NCBI RefSeq assembly: GCF_000143415.4
Contig: NW_003314261.1
Coordinates: 3,464,880-3,528,879, forward strand
Origin: Selaginella moellendorffii
Lineage: Eukaryota; Plantae; Lycopodiophyta
Length of the DNA: 64,000 nucleotides
Direction: 5' to 3'
Shown: positions 36,593 to 49,549 of the stretch, piece by piece
Layout of the letters: every line of letters starts with the position of its first letter
How positions within the stretch are numbered: the stretch's first letter is position 1
The notes under the pieces: model-generated
What the model saw: the letters and a program-made list of their open reading frames with translations, nothing else
Databases searched by the model: none
What the model was told of the DNA's origin: nothing
Translations under genes and position numbers: made by a program

Positions 36593-39500
36593 GACACCAT
36601 CCGTAAATGCATATACAAAGGTTGGGTTCAAGTCTCAACCCTTTAGTGCTTAGGTTCGAGTCCTAAATCACTAGGGTGTGGTGATAGTTTGGAATATGAG
36701 GACACTCATATTTTGGTGGTTATGCACTCTCAGTGAGCAGACTGGCTTGGTGTTGTGAATGTAACTTCGGGTATCGAAAGATACTTGTCAACCAATCCTT
36801 ACGGACACTCTTTTCTTACTGCCATGACAGTAGGAGGTCGATACAGTTGGATCCCTTTGATAGCCCCTCTTGTGCTAGTGGAGTTAACTGGGCATTTCAA
36901 GTGTACTTAGACCGGATGAGCATAAGGACAGAATTCCTACATACTATTAGCTAAGCATACTTAGCCCGGTAAGGAGTTCTCGTCTCGTTTTGTCTTGCAC
37001 TTGCTAGTGATAAGAACCCTCGCATATTGAGACTAGTCCCTCAATATCACTGGATGATAGCTTACTGTGTCTGCCAAACACCCTCGCTATCACGCCCTTT
37101 GTGTTGGTCTTATTTCGGTCCCAAAAGCTATTTATGGAAAGTGTCTAGATTAGCTCCTTTGGCATATCTATGGAATGTAGAGATCAATCTAAACACAATG
37201 GTGTTCGTCCCGTGTCCAAATTTGCAACTTAGCACCATTCTATATTTAGTAAGTTTCAAGCTTGTCCTAGAGACTAACTCCTGGTACTAAGGGAGGCTTA
37301 GGGTGAAAGCCCAAAGCGTATGTTCCTCAAGGGGAAGGGGGGGGGGGGGGGGGGGGGGGGGGGGGTATAGGGGGTATAGGGGGTTCCAAATGTATAGTAA
37401 GGATAGTGGTTGGAATGCATGTCTGATCACCTGAGACATTAGTTTGGCTCCTACTAGGCTGTGTCGCTCCTTGTTCTGCGTCTAGCTTGAGTCTAAGCCC
37501 AAACTCCATGCTACTCTAGTTGGTGGGGTACCCTCCTCCTCGCGTTAGGCCACCGGTATGCCAAAATTGTGCCAGACTTCGTCTGTCTGACACCATTTTG
37601 CGTGTAGGTGCTGGATATGGGGAGTTGGTGCTCATGGGATTGTACTGGACCCACGTTTCGTAGCACAATGGGCTTGGAGTTCAGCTCCAAATTCAGGTGC
37701 GCTCACTTGGTATCAGAGGAACTGTCTCAGTGATTGCTATCCAACTTTTGTCGGATTTTCTGACTCAAGTTGCATAGGCAGAGACTTTTCTAGTAAATCC
37801 AAAGCGACTTGTGTAGGATTAGTTGGATTGCACCATTCGTTAAGAACGTTATATGCATGTTCAGTTATTGATAGAGGCATGCATGCAATTAGCAAAATGG
37901 TGAAGAGGAACTGTGCTGATGATGCTGAAACCTCTAGATGGGCAAATCAAGAGGAGGAAACTCCTACTAGAGATGCTGCGGAAGAGGCTGAGGCTGAGTT
38001 AGAAGAGGAAGAGCTAGATGCTACAGCATTGCAATATACAGCTCAGGAAGTTGAGATTGAGAATTTGTGAAAGAAGATTCGCAAATTGAAGAAGGAGAAC
38101 AAGAAGAGGAAGAAAGAAGCTGAGATAGCTAAACCAGCTAAGCCTAAGCAACCGGATTGCTCCTCAAGTTCTGAGGACGATGAAGTTCTACAGCCAGCCC
38201 CGGTTGCACGAGTTTCAAAGTTCAAGCCTTCGAAAATTTCAAAGGCATATGGGACTATTAGGTTTTAGAAGACTAGGTCTACAATATGGAAAATTATTTC
38301 ATAGCGGCAGACATAGATGATCATACGAAAGTTGCGTGCACGCAATCCTTTCTCACTGATCATGCCAAAACTTGGTGGTGCAAGGTGTGTGCTGAAAAAG
38401 GGCAGACTAGAAGTTGGACCAAGATGCGGTCTCGTATCCGTAAGGAATACTTGCCAGATGATCTTGGTCTGAGACTTCGTGCGGAGCTGCAATGGTTAAA
38501 GTAGCGAGGGGACCTTATGCATTATGTTAATGCGTTTGCTTAGAAGCACATTATAATTGCAAATATGAGTGATACAGATGCTCAGAATATTTCCTGGAGG
38601 GTTTAAGTTCACTTTCTCGTAATGAGATTTTGAAGTTTAAGCCGAAGACGTACCTGGAGTGTAAGGAGGCAGCACAGCAAGTTGCCTTTAGTCACTCGCT
38701 CATGGAACAATATCAGCAACTATATGTTGGTAACTCGGATAAAAATAAGAATTCTAGGAATAAACAAGGTGACCGGAAACAGAGGGTGGAAAGCAGGTTC
38801 TGCCCTGGAGGCTCACAAGCAATGGTTCACAAAGGTGGTGGTGGTTGGAGACCACCAGCAGCTTCTTCTAGTCCTAGGCCCTTTGTTCCTCCTCCTAGTG
38901 GGTACAAGCAGCAGGAACCTGCAAAACCTGCTCCTAGCGGAACGGGTAGTGTGGGTCATTGCTTCCATTGTGGAGAGTCAGGACATAGCTCCTTGGAATG
39001 CCCCAACAAGCATAAGACAAAGTCTCGGGTTAATGTCATGAGGGAAGACGGTGGTGGCGAAGCTGAAGGGGTTGACGAGTTGGTCAATGCAGACTATAAG
39101 GAAGAGGAGGTGAGTTACTTTCGTTGCTTTCCTCAAGCTTTTCTCACAGTCAATGCAAACACTAATCTGTTGATGTATCTGGTAGGCTTTGTCCGCGGAC
39201 ACCGAATCTGAGTGATGATTGACACGAGAGCTAAGCACAACGTGATATCCGAAGACTTAGTTAAGTTGTTAGGATTGAATGCTGAGCAATTGTCACCTAT
39301 ACACTTCCGGTTTGCGGAAGGTGGGCAAGTAGCCAAAAAGTTTATGAGTGATGTTCCAATAAAAATATCCATGTGGAAAGAAAGAGTGGACTTGGTATTG
39401 TTGAAGATACCAGATTTTCAGATGGTGTTTGGTATGGACTTCTTCAACAAACATATAAAAGGGATTTATGGTGCTGGACAAAGTCATATCACATTAAAGT

Positions 39501-42500
39501 CAGAAGGATGTCCTGATGTGTCCTAGTTGCAAAAGCGCTCCTCAAAGGATTGGGATGCTAAGTTCCTGACTACAAGGGCCGCTCAAAAAGCAGCTAAGAA
39601 AGGATGTCGGACCTTTTGGGTTCAAGTGATGGAAGCTGAGGGTATTGATGACTCAATTCGAATCAGCGACAAAGTTGATCTTGTACCAAAGAAGATATTG
39701 GAGTTGTTGGCGAGGAATCAAGATATTTTTCCAAAGGATTTACCACCAAAGTTATTCCGGGTTCTAAACCACCTACAAAGGCTCCGTATTGTTTAAACAT
39801 CAAGGAGATGGTTGAACTCAAGAAGCAACTCATGGAGCTTCTTGATAAAGGTTATATCCGACCAAACAACTCACCTTATGGAGCGCTGGTCCTTTTCGTT
39901 ATGAAAAAGGATGGAACCATGAGGATGTGTATTGACTATCGGGCACTCAACAAGATCACAGTTAAAAACAGTTATCTTTTGCCTTGCATTGATGACTTGT
40001 TTGACTAACTCTTAAAGGCTAAGTATTTTACATGACTTGATTTGTGGTCCAGGTATCATCAGATATGGGTGGCAGATCAGGATGTGGAGAAGACAGCCTT
40101 TAAGACTCGATATAGATCTTATGAGTTCTTTGTCATGCCATTTGGGTTATGCAATCCTCCGGCAACGTTCAGCACTATGATGGATAGAATATTCGGAGAT
40201 TATTTGGACACATTTGTTGTCCTATATATCAACAATGTTCTAGTCTTCAGTAAAACGTTGGAGGATCATTTGAAACATTTAGAGCTGGTGTTTCAGAAGT
40301 TGCGCGAACACAAACTATATGCTAAGGAAAGTAAATGTGCTTTTGGTCAATTGCGCGTAAACTTTCTCGGACATATAGTTGGTGGTGGCGTAATTGAAGT
40401 CGATCCAAAGAAGGTGGAAGTGGTAAAGTCCTAAGAAATCCCAACCACTATATTAGATGTTCATTCCTTTCTTGGTTTGGTGGGATACTATCGCAAGTTT
40501 GTCCACAATTTTGCAAGAATTGCTCTTCCGTTGACTAAGTTGACAAAGAGTAGTATTCCATTTCATTGGAAACCAGCTTGTCAACGTGCTTTTGTACGGT
40601 TGAAGGAGATCTTGACTACGGTTCCTATTCTCAGGATCCCAGATCTTGATAAACCCTTCAAAGTGCATTGTGATGCATCTGGCTATGCTATTGGTGCCGT
40701 GTTACAGCAAGATTGTGACAAAGCGGTTGGTGTTACGCTAAGGCGACATGGTTGTCCCGTTGCGTTCTATTCCAAAAAATTGAATGAAACTCAATGAAGA
40801 TAGCCAACGCATGAGAAAGAGATGTTTGCTATAGTGTCAGCCCTGGAACATTGGAGACACTACTTGGGTGGACACACCAAGGTTTATACAAATAGTAACA
40901 CGCTGAGCTACTTTGATACACAGCCAAAGCTTACGCCGAAGCAAGCTCGTTGGCAAGAGAAGCTTGCTAAATATGATATTGAGATCATATATAAACCTGG
41001 TAAAGACAATATTGTTCCAGATGCGTTGAGTCGTCAAGCTCAATTCTGGGCAATATCGGCAATCAGTTTGGACTGGTTAGAAGACGTTCGGGCTTCATAT
41101 GGAAGTGATCCATTGGTGAAGGCAATCTTATGCCATGTGGGGTTGGTAAAGCAGAGCCATGGTAGCGAAGCAGTGAAAGTTGCTAGTCGCACTAATGCGA
41201 AGCTTCACTTCTCAGTTCGGGATGGGCTTATATTCTATAAGTAAGAAATATTGTATCTTTCCTCTAAGGATCTACAACAGTTGTTTCTGCAGGAACATCA
41301 TGATGTTCCAGCAGCGGGACATGGTGGACAGCGGAAGACTCTAGCTTCATTGATAAAGGGATTTTTCTAGTTTGGTATGGAAGGTGATATAGCGGATTAT
41401 ATCCATTCCTGCCCTATATGCCAACAATGTAAGTGCAGAACTGAAAAACATGCTGGAAAGTTGTAGTGCATTCCAGCACTAACATGGCCATTTCAGAGTG
41501 TGACACTTAATTTCATCACTTGTTTGCCGAAGTTTAAGGGTTATGATACTTTGACGGTGGTTGTGGATCGGTTGTCAAAGATTGCACACTTCATTCCAAC
41601 TGTGGGAACAGTAAATGCGAAATAAACAGCAAAGCTTTTTCTCCATGAAGTAGTGCGGGTTCGTGGTTTTCCTGAAGAGATGATCTCAGATAGAGATTCG
41701 AGGTTTACGGGGAAGTTTTGGGGCACGCTGTTCCAGTTTTTTGGTACCAAGTTAAAGTTTAGTACGGCTTATCATCCTCAAACGGATGGGCAGACTGAAT
41801 GCGTGAATGTTCAAGTTGAGGATTATCTGCGGTACTATGTCGCGGCGGACCAACGCGACTGGGTTGAGCATTTAGACACAGCAGAAATCTGTTATAACAA
41901 CATATTTCACAGCACTATAGGCTATTCTCCATGGGAGATGCTGCAAGGGAATGCTCATGGGGTTCCTCAACAGATTGTTGTACCAAAACCAATGACTAAA
42001 GTGTTGGTCCCAGCCATAGAAACTTATGCAGAGCAGCTACGCCAAGGTTAGTCTAGAGCTACTGAGGCGATGGGCAAAGCTTAAGATAGGTATCGACGTG
42101 ATACGGATTAGCATCGTCGGGATGTATCCTATCAAGTGGGAGATTAGGTGTGGCTATCTTCCCGAAACTTGAACATTAAGGGATCTTTGTCTCGGAAGCT
42201 GTTACTGAGATATGTTGGACTTTATCGGGTGTTAAAACGCATTGGTGATGTATCTTATAGGTTGGATCTTCCTACAGAGATATCCCATGTTTATAATGTA
42301 TTTCATGCCAATCTCTTAGCTCCTTACACTATGGATGTTGCGCTACGCGGGAAGATTTGTCCGCCACCAAATATTGTGGATGGTGAACCAGAATATAAAG
42401 TTGAAGCTATCTTGGATGCTCGGTCTCGAAGACATGCTCGTGCGAAGGAATATTTAATTAAGTGGAAAGGTTACCCATCTTGTGAATCAACTTAGGAACC

Positions 42501-45500
42501 TCTTAGGAATCTTACACATGCTCATGAGTTTGTCACAGAGTATGAGAATAGTAATAAAAAATAGCTTTTGTAAACCTTGTAATAAATCTTGCAAATTAAT
42601 AAAATAATATATTTCTATAAATCAAAGTGTCGTTTCTATCATTCCTTAGTACTTGGGTCAGTTTTGGCAAGCTAACTTCGGCACTTCAGTGCATGGGTCC
42701 AATCTATAACCATGGGGATAACTATTATAGACTGATCACAAGTCCCTGCCTCTCTCTCGATGACTCACTTTTGAAAAAGGGCGTGATCGTGTAAACAACT
42801 TAATTTGCCAGTTGTCTAAATCTTCCCAACGGGGTTGATTTCTTGCTCAGGGGAAGTTGGGCCTCTGGCCTTCTCCCTATGTCCCTACGGGTAGGGATGT
42901 ATCATTACTTTGTAAGTTGAGTGGTACTCAGAGCAGCAAGGGTGGCTAACTCCGTTAGTCATTTCCTTGTCGATGACAGCCAGAGGGTGTTTGAGTCTCA
43001 ACGTCTTTGGACGTAGAGGAGATGTCGTTCCATCATTCATTTAAGTTGGTGTTTTTCCCATATAGTGTGCTTTCCGTTAACTTTTGGGGTTTTTTCCTTG
43101 ACAGTTTGCTAGACTCGGGTATACATCGACGAGGACGTTGATCTTCCCTAAGGGGGGGAGAGTGTCGCGAATGTGACTTCGGGTATCAAAAAATACTTGT
43201 CAACCAATCCTTACGGACACTCTTTCCTTACTGCCATAATGGCAGGAAGTCGGTACAGTTGGATCCTTTTGATAGCCCCTCTTGTGCTAGTGGAGTTAAC
43301 TGAGTATTTTGAGTGTACTTACACCGGACGAGCATAAGGATGGAATTCCTACGTGCTATTAGCTAAGCATACTTAGCTCGGTAAAGAGTTCTCGTCTCAT
43401 TTTATGTTGCACTTGCTAGTGACAAGAACCCTCGCATATTGAGATTAGTCCCTCAATATCACTGGATGATAGCTTACCGTGTCTATCAAACACCCTTGCT
43501 ATCGTGCCTTTTGTGTTGGTCTCATTTCAGTCCCAAATGCTATTTATGGAAAGTGTCTAGATTAGCTCATTTGGCATATCTACGGAATGTAGAGATCAAC
43601 CTGAACACAATGGTGTTCATCCTGTGTCCAAATTTGCAATCTAATGCCATTCCATATTTAGTAAGTTTCGAGCTTGTCCCAGAGACTAACTTCTGGTACT
43701 AAGGGAGGCTTGGGGTGAAAGCCCAAAGTGTGTGTTCCTCAAAGGGGGGGGGGAGGGGGGTTTCCAAATGTATAGTAGGGATAGTGGTTGGAATGCATGT
43801 CTAACCATCTGAGACATTAGTTTGGCTCTTGCTAGGCTGTGTTGCTCCTTGTTTTACATCCGGCTTGGGTCTAAGCCCAAGCTCCATGCTACTCTAATCG
43901 GTGGGGTACCCTCCTCCTCACGTTAAGCCACTGGTATGCCAAAATTGTGCTAGACTCGGTCTGACACCATTTTGTGTGCAGGTGCTGGATATGGGGAGCT
44001 GGTGTTTGTGGGATTGTACCGGACCCTCGTTTCATAGTGCAACAGGCTTGGAGTTCAACTCCAAATTCAGGTGCGCTATATTTGGGCACACCGCCAAGTG
44101 GGGGATGCCCCAAAGTCATGATGCATAGATAAATTGCTTAGTGTAAAAGCTTGGTATATCTAACTTAAACACTTTAGTGCAAATAGCACCAAAGACGTGG
44201 TGAATGAGATGGGGACACTCAATCTCAGTTGCTATGGATCTTTAGCTAGAAGGGCTGGTTTGGGGGCACTACCAAGTGTGGGGGATGCTCCCGGGGTTAT
44301 AATTAACAAGTTAAAGGTTTGGAAGACCTAGTATCTATTAGCAAACCTATTAAAGTAACAATAGTTAGATCACTAGGTGATCTTACAGCTAAACAAGGAC
44401 AATGTCCTTGTAAGGTTAAGGAATAAAATTCCTAGTTCAAAGGGTTGAATTGAACTATTGATGATAGTTTGCCTTGGTCAAGGTGACCAAATGGGAAAAA
44501 CACCTAAAGGGAAATCAATTGTGCCGATAGGATGGTATAGTGAGTCCAAGAAAGTAGGCTCTAGAAAAGACCCATAGGAGGGTTGCAAAGTTGGGTTGTC
44601 GATGGAGCCATAGTAGAAAATGCTAAAAAGACCTCCTAGGGGTGAGCACTCTCTAGACTTGGTAAAATAAAGCCTTTGTTATGGAACCAAAAGAATATTT
44701 TGAGAATGGAAGTAGTGATCCTATGTTACTTGATGCAACAATCAACAAATAGGAGCAAAAGACTAGTGGCCAAGTGTGGGCCATAGAATTCATTGGAAGG
44801 AATCCAAATAGCAAAGTTAGGCAAGGAACATAAATATGTTAGATGTTAACAGACTGCGGGAAAGAAAGTGTGTTTTCAAATATGGATTCCCAAATGCTCC
44901 AATTTGGCAAAGGTGAAAGCTTCAAGAGGGGGAGTGGCAAGATAGCCAAATGATAGGGCTGTTGATAGCCCTAGCATAACTTATGATAACTGGAACTTAG
45001 TGCCAAAAGTGGTATGAAATAGAAAAGAGGATGATGGTGCCCTCAAATAGAGAACATCCTAGGATGGGGAAGTGAAGTTTGCACTATATGTGCAATGAAA
45101 GGTGTTAGAGACACCCAAGAAATCAACTTCGAGAAGTCAAAATTAAAAATTCCAAAGTGGAATGGTTATCGATTGAAGTTGAGACTACTTGAGAATGAGT
45201 AGTAGGATTGAGATAGAGAAGGTGTCTTTAACGGGTTTAACAAAAACTAAATCAATAAAAGGGAGAGAACCACCCCCGATGGTCGAATGGGTCTCTATGT
45301 TGGAGAGACTATGCTCCTTAGAAGATGGATAAAGCATAGTGTGCCTTTGATGTCAAACCATTGACGAATATTAGTTGGGTGCCAAGGATGGAAAGAGTAA
45401 TACATATTAGTGTTACTTTATAAAGGGCTTACCATTCAATGAGGATATCAAACTTCCTCTATGGGTGGTGGAGTTGTGAGACATAAAAATCCCTAGGCCC

Positions 45501-46978
45501 CAAAGAGGAGCCGAAAGGGTGCCACGTGGTAGTGGCCAAAGCAAAAGCCAAACAAGCGTAACACGTTTGGACTAAAAGCTCCGACTTGAAAAGTTGAGAG
45601 CAAGAGTAAAACTCCCAATGGAGTGCTCAAGAAATGAGCATGAAGCGAGCAATAAGAGAGTCTCTAGAAAAGGGGCACAAAGGGACCAACACATGACACA
45701 TGGTGGAGTCTGAGATGGATTTGAGATGGAGTCCGAGATGGACTGAGATGGAGTCTGAAATGGACCCAAGATTGACCCGAGATGGACACAAGATCAAGTC
45801 CGAGATGGAGTCCGAGAACAACTCAAGATGGAGTCCGAGGTCGAGACCGAGACTGAGACCAAGACCAAAACCAAGAAAAGGACTGAGGCCAAGGCCAAGA
45901 CCAAGCCCGAGCTCAAGTCCGAGTCTAAATGTAAGTCTGAGTCCAAGCCCGAGTTCGAGTTTGAGTTTGAGTTCGAGTCCGAGGGTGTAAAGCCCAAAGC
46001 GTTCGTCTCCCAGACCCTAGGGGGTTTGGTGAACTTCAAAAGTATAGTAGGGGGAGGACTCCAGTGGAGCCAATTTGGCCATAAAAGGCCAGTTTGGCCT
46101 AAGAAGGCTATACCCAAGTGTTGGGTGATGGGATAACCACTGGGAAGTCCAAGGCTATAGTGAATACGGATTGACAAGTGGGGTAGCTTGGTGAAGTGTT
46201 CAAGAGCCGGCTCTAATTCCCTCAGGAGATCGAATGGCCGATGCTCCCAGTCCAAGTGTGGGTGGCACTACCTACTTGGATACTTGACATGGCTCAATAG
46301 AACCTTACTCTAAGCCCATAGCTAAAGCACCTAAAAACAAAAGGCAGGGAGAGTACACATGAGGCTCGAGTAGAGCCATGGTATTCCAAAATATTGTCCC
46401 CAAGTCCCAGACTATGGAAAGGAAGAGGAGCAGTCTTCTAGTGTAGTGACCAAGGATATGGTTACATGGTAAGGAAGTCCTAGAAGACTATGGTATTTGG
46501 TGGTTAGGCTGGTGGGCCTTGATCCAATAGCAGTATTGGCGAACATAGCCATGGTTGGAAAGGGATTTGGTGAGGACCAAAAAAGGGATATTAGGGAAGG
46601 TTGTTCCTCATGTCTGTGGGCATCCAAAGGATGCTAAAGAGTGGATCTAGGATGACCATTTGTGAATGGATAGGCTTGGTCTTTGAGAGACGGGACAGTA
46701 ATGTAAGTGGTGTTGGATCACTAGTGTGACAAAGGTGAATGGATGGCCTTAGCGTAATAGGCTGATATATTAGTGTGACCTTTGGGTGTTGGTCATAAGA
46801 TCGAACACGTGGAGCACTTGGACCAAGTGCAATGGTTGAGTGGCATGGATGCCATTCTTAGGTCTAATAAGTCTCTAAATCTAGAATAAGACTTACGGAG
46901 GTTGTGAGTGAGACACTTCCAAATGGTTAAAGGTGTGGATAAGTGACTAAAGTAGAATGGAAAATTTAATCACTTACA
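36593..46978 (+). mobile_element. Partial family-C element: non-coding internal region (36593-36750 + 44086-45474) and 3' LTR 45475-46978, interrupted by element D
   Basis: The LTR matches the solo LTR at 29963-31691 and is preceded by PPT-like ATGGGTGGTGGAGT. A diverged tandem unit (CTTTAGTGC..GGACACTCA..CCAAGTG(T)GGGGGATGC) continues across the element D insertion site. Confidence 0.7.
36751..44080 (+). mobile_element. Element D: full-length but inactivated chromovirus-type Ty3/gypsy (LTRs 36751-37705 and 43163-44080)
   Basis: Paired LTRs, TSD CTTGG/TTTGG (one mismatch), tRNA-iMet PBS TGGTATCAGAG at 37708, PPT AAGGGGGGGAGAG. Encodes gag, CFHCGESGHSSLEC, RT (YINN), RNase H, integrase STAYHPQTDGQTE and chromodomain EYKVEAIL...YLIKWKGYP. 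Many stop codons. Confidence 0.95.
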
Positions 46979-46980
46979 AA

Positions 46981-47699
46981 GGGGTTCTAAATGTATAGTA
47001 GGGATAGTAGGTAGGTTGGGAATGGTTGACCAACCTAAGGTATAGTTTAACTCCCGTTTGCATGCCTGTCCTTGTTGTACGTTCGACTTGGGTCTAAACC
47101 CAAGTTCCATACCATGTTAGTTGGAGTAGTACGTACCTATATCCTCGTGTTAGGCCACCAGTGCTGAAATAGTGCCAAAACTCTGTTTGGCTCCGTTTTG
47201 CTTATTAGTCCTGGCATTCGGATGCTAAATGCTTTATGACTGTTCCAAGTTGCTCTGTGCTCCTGTCCCTTCGCTCCTTTGGCTGAACGCTTGAGAATTA
47301 CTTCGTGCTTTGGTTCTTTCACTCCTTATCTCCATACTTTGGAGTTTGGCTCTATTTGTTCATTCAATGGCCTAAGGCCCTAAAACTCAAGTTTTGCTCC
47401 TTTGTCCTTTGAACATGTGGTATGTCATATGGCATATGACATGTGGTACATGGAGGGTTTAGGTTCTACTTCATGGTTATCCTATGGTAAATCACCATAG
47501 AATAAAGGGTGAAAATTATGTACACTACACTAACACAAGGATATGGGTACTCCATTAGCTAGCATGGTGTAGAATTTGGGTTTAGACCCAAGCCAAATGA
47601 AAAACAAGAATAGGCACACAACCAAAAGTTAAACTATGCCTCAGGTTGGTTGGCCATACCTGACTTACCTACTATCCTTATTGTACAGTTGGAACCCCC
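46981..47699. repeat. Fold-back inverted repeat of LTR-derived sequence (arms about 46981-47155 and 47528-47699)
   Basis: The left arm GGGGTTCTAAATGTATAGTAGGGATAGTAGGTAGG...CTTGGGTCTAAACCCAAG has a diverged reverse complement ending ...CCTACTATCCTTATTGTACAGTTGGAACCCC. Confidence 0.75.
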
Positions 47700-47849
47700 A
47701 TAGGTAGGAAGTGCTATATATCATTTATACATTTCAAAGTAGGGAGCTTTAGAACAACTACAAGTTTGTCAAAATTAATTTATAAACCTTCATAGGAAAT
47801 GCAATACTCAAGGTAAGTTGTGTCCTTGGACCTATACCACATCCTTGCC

Positions 47850-49549
47850 ATTGTCCTTGAGCACGAACAACAGCAACATCAACCACTATCAAAACAAGAT
47901 CATCTCATATAAGTAGTGGAGCATTATTGAAGTGGAAGAACCTGGTTGGTCGTACTACTCGGTGGGCTTTGAAGCTTTGGATATATAATTTTGATGTTGT
48001 TCATCACTCAGGGAGTTTTATAGCTAATGCTGATGCCCTTTCTTGAGCTCCTCTTCCTTCTCCACTCTCTTCTCATGTTTCTGATGAGCCTATTGTTCTA
48101 GCATCTGTGGATTTTCTAGACAAGGATTCTATGCCATCGGCGGTTGTTATACTTGACATTCAGTGTCCATAAGGCGTAGAGCAAGATCTACCTTCTCTTG
48201 ATGAGGTTCACGAGGCTCAAAAGATTGAGCCATAGATTCGAAAGCTTCAAGATGCATTTGAGAATTCTGCATCACTTGTTGATGACTTGCCTTTTCGGCA
48301 TTTACATTCTCAATATCGTTTTGAAGATGGCCTTCTTTATTTTGTGGGGACGGATCCTGACGATCATTTACGGCTAGTGGTGCCTTCTATCTTTATTCAA
48401 CGGTTTCTTCATACCTACCATGATTCTCCTGTTTTAGGTGGGCATGTGGAACATTGTCATGTGACTAAGAAGCTGCGCAGGTCTTTCTATTGGCTGGAGA
48501 TGCGACGTGATATTATCTGGTATATGCGTAGCTGCTTTTGGTGCCAAACTCATAATACTCCTCCTTGTGCTGCAGAAGGACGGTTAGAGTCAATTGTAGT
48601 TTCTCGTCTGTTTAAGTTGGTGGTGTTTGATTTTATGGGACCTTTTCCACAGCCGACTACGGGCAATGAGTATATTATTATTGCTTTTAACTACTTGACT
48701 GGTTGGGTGGAAGTTGGTGCTCTTGCTAGCGCCTCGGCAACTGCTATTGGATACTTCCTCCTCAATCGAGTGGTGTTCCAACATTCTTGTCCAGAACGGA
48801 TTCTTTCAGATAATAGTCTTGCATTTATGGCTGAGGCATTTCATGTTTTGACATCTCGGTTGGGGATACGCCACACTTTCACGAGTGCTTATCATCCACA
48901 ATCAGACGGTCTAGTGGAATGGCTCATTCGGACATTCAAATGGATGATTGCGAAGTATGTGAACTTTCAACATTCGGATTGGAATGGTTATTTGCTGTCT
49001 CTTCGGTATGCCTATGTCATAGAAGTGTAGAGTTCTATTAGTGCTTCACCATATAAACTCCTATATGGTCATAATCCAATATTACCAACAGAGTTGGGTT
49101 TACTTTCACAATTGCCACGAGCTCTCGATGCTAGGTCGTGGGATTAATATTTGACGAGCATTCTTCCACTTGTCCGAGCAGAGTCTGCCGAACACTTAGG
49201 CCGCATACAAATGGGACAACAACAACACTACAACTCCCATCATCGTCCACTTGCGAAATACAAAGTGGATGCCATCTTACGGTACGTGGTTTATCTAAGG
49301 GGCTCCTTGCACAATGGAAAGGACCATATTGGGTGTTGTGGCAAGTTGGACCACAAGTTTATGAGGTTTGGCATAACGTCCAGCAAGCCGATCCTCTGGA
49401 GATTGTGCATGTGCAACGGTTAAAACGCTTCAGGAGCAATTAATACCATCTACAAATCCACCAATGCCTCCTCTTGACATTCCTCCAGATCCCGGCCCAT
49501 CTACAAGAGAACCCTGACAGCCTTCCATTATTCCTAGAGGAGGGGATGA
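47850..49549 (+). pseudogene. Element A internal remnant: RNase H end and integrase (no chromodomain)
   Basis: NADALS, YHDSPVLGGH..FYW..CFWC, FDFMGPFP, ILSDN, TSAYHPQSDGLVE, WKGPY. Frameshifted and stop-interrupted. Confidence 0.85.

Noticed and set aside
36625-36663. Two B-box-like motifs (GGTTCAAGTCT, GGTTCGAGTCC) suggesting a tRNA or SINE
   Set aside because: No A-box at proper spacing, no cloverleaf and no tail or TSD.
28263-46050. Hammerhead ribozyme/retrozyme suggested by the GGGT-GAAA-GCCC hairpin
   Set aside because: No correctly placed CUGANGA core or cleavage triplet could be found by eye. An Infernal/RNAMotif scan would be decisive.
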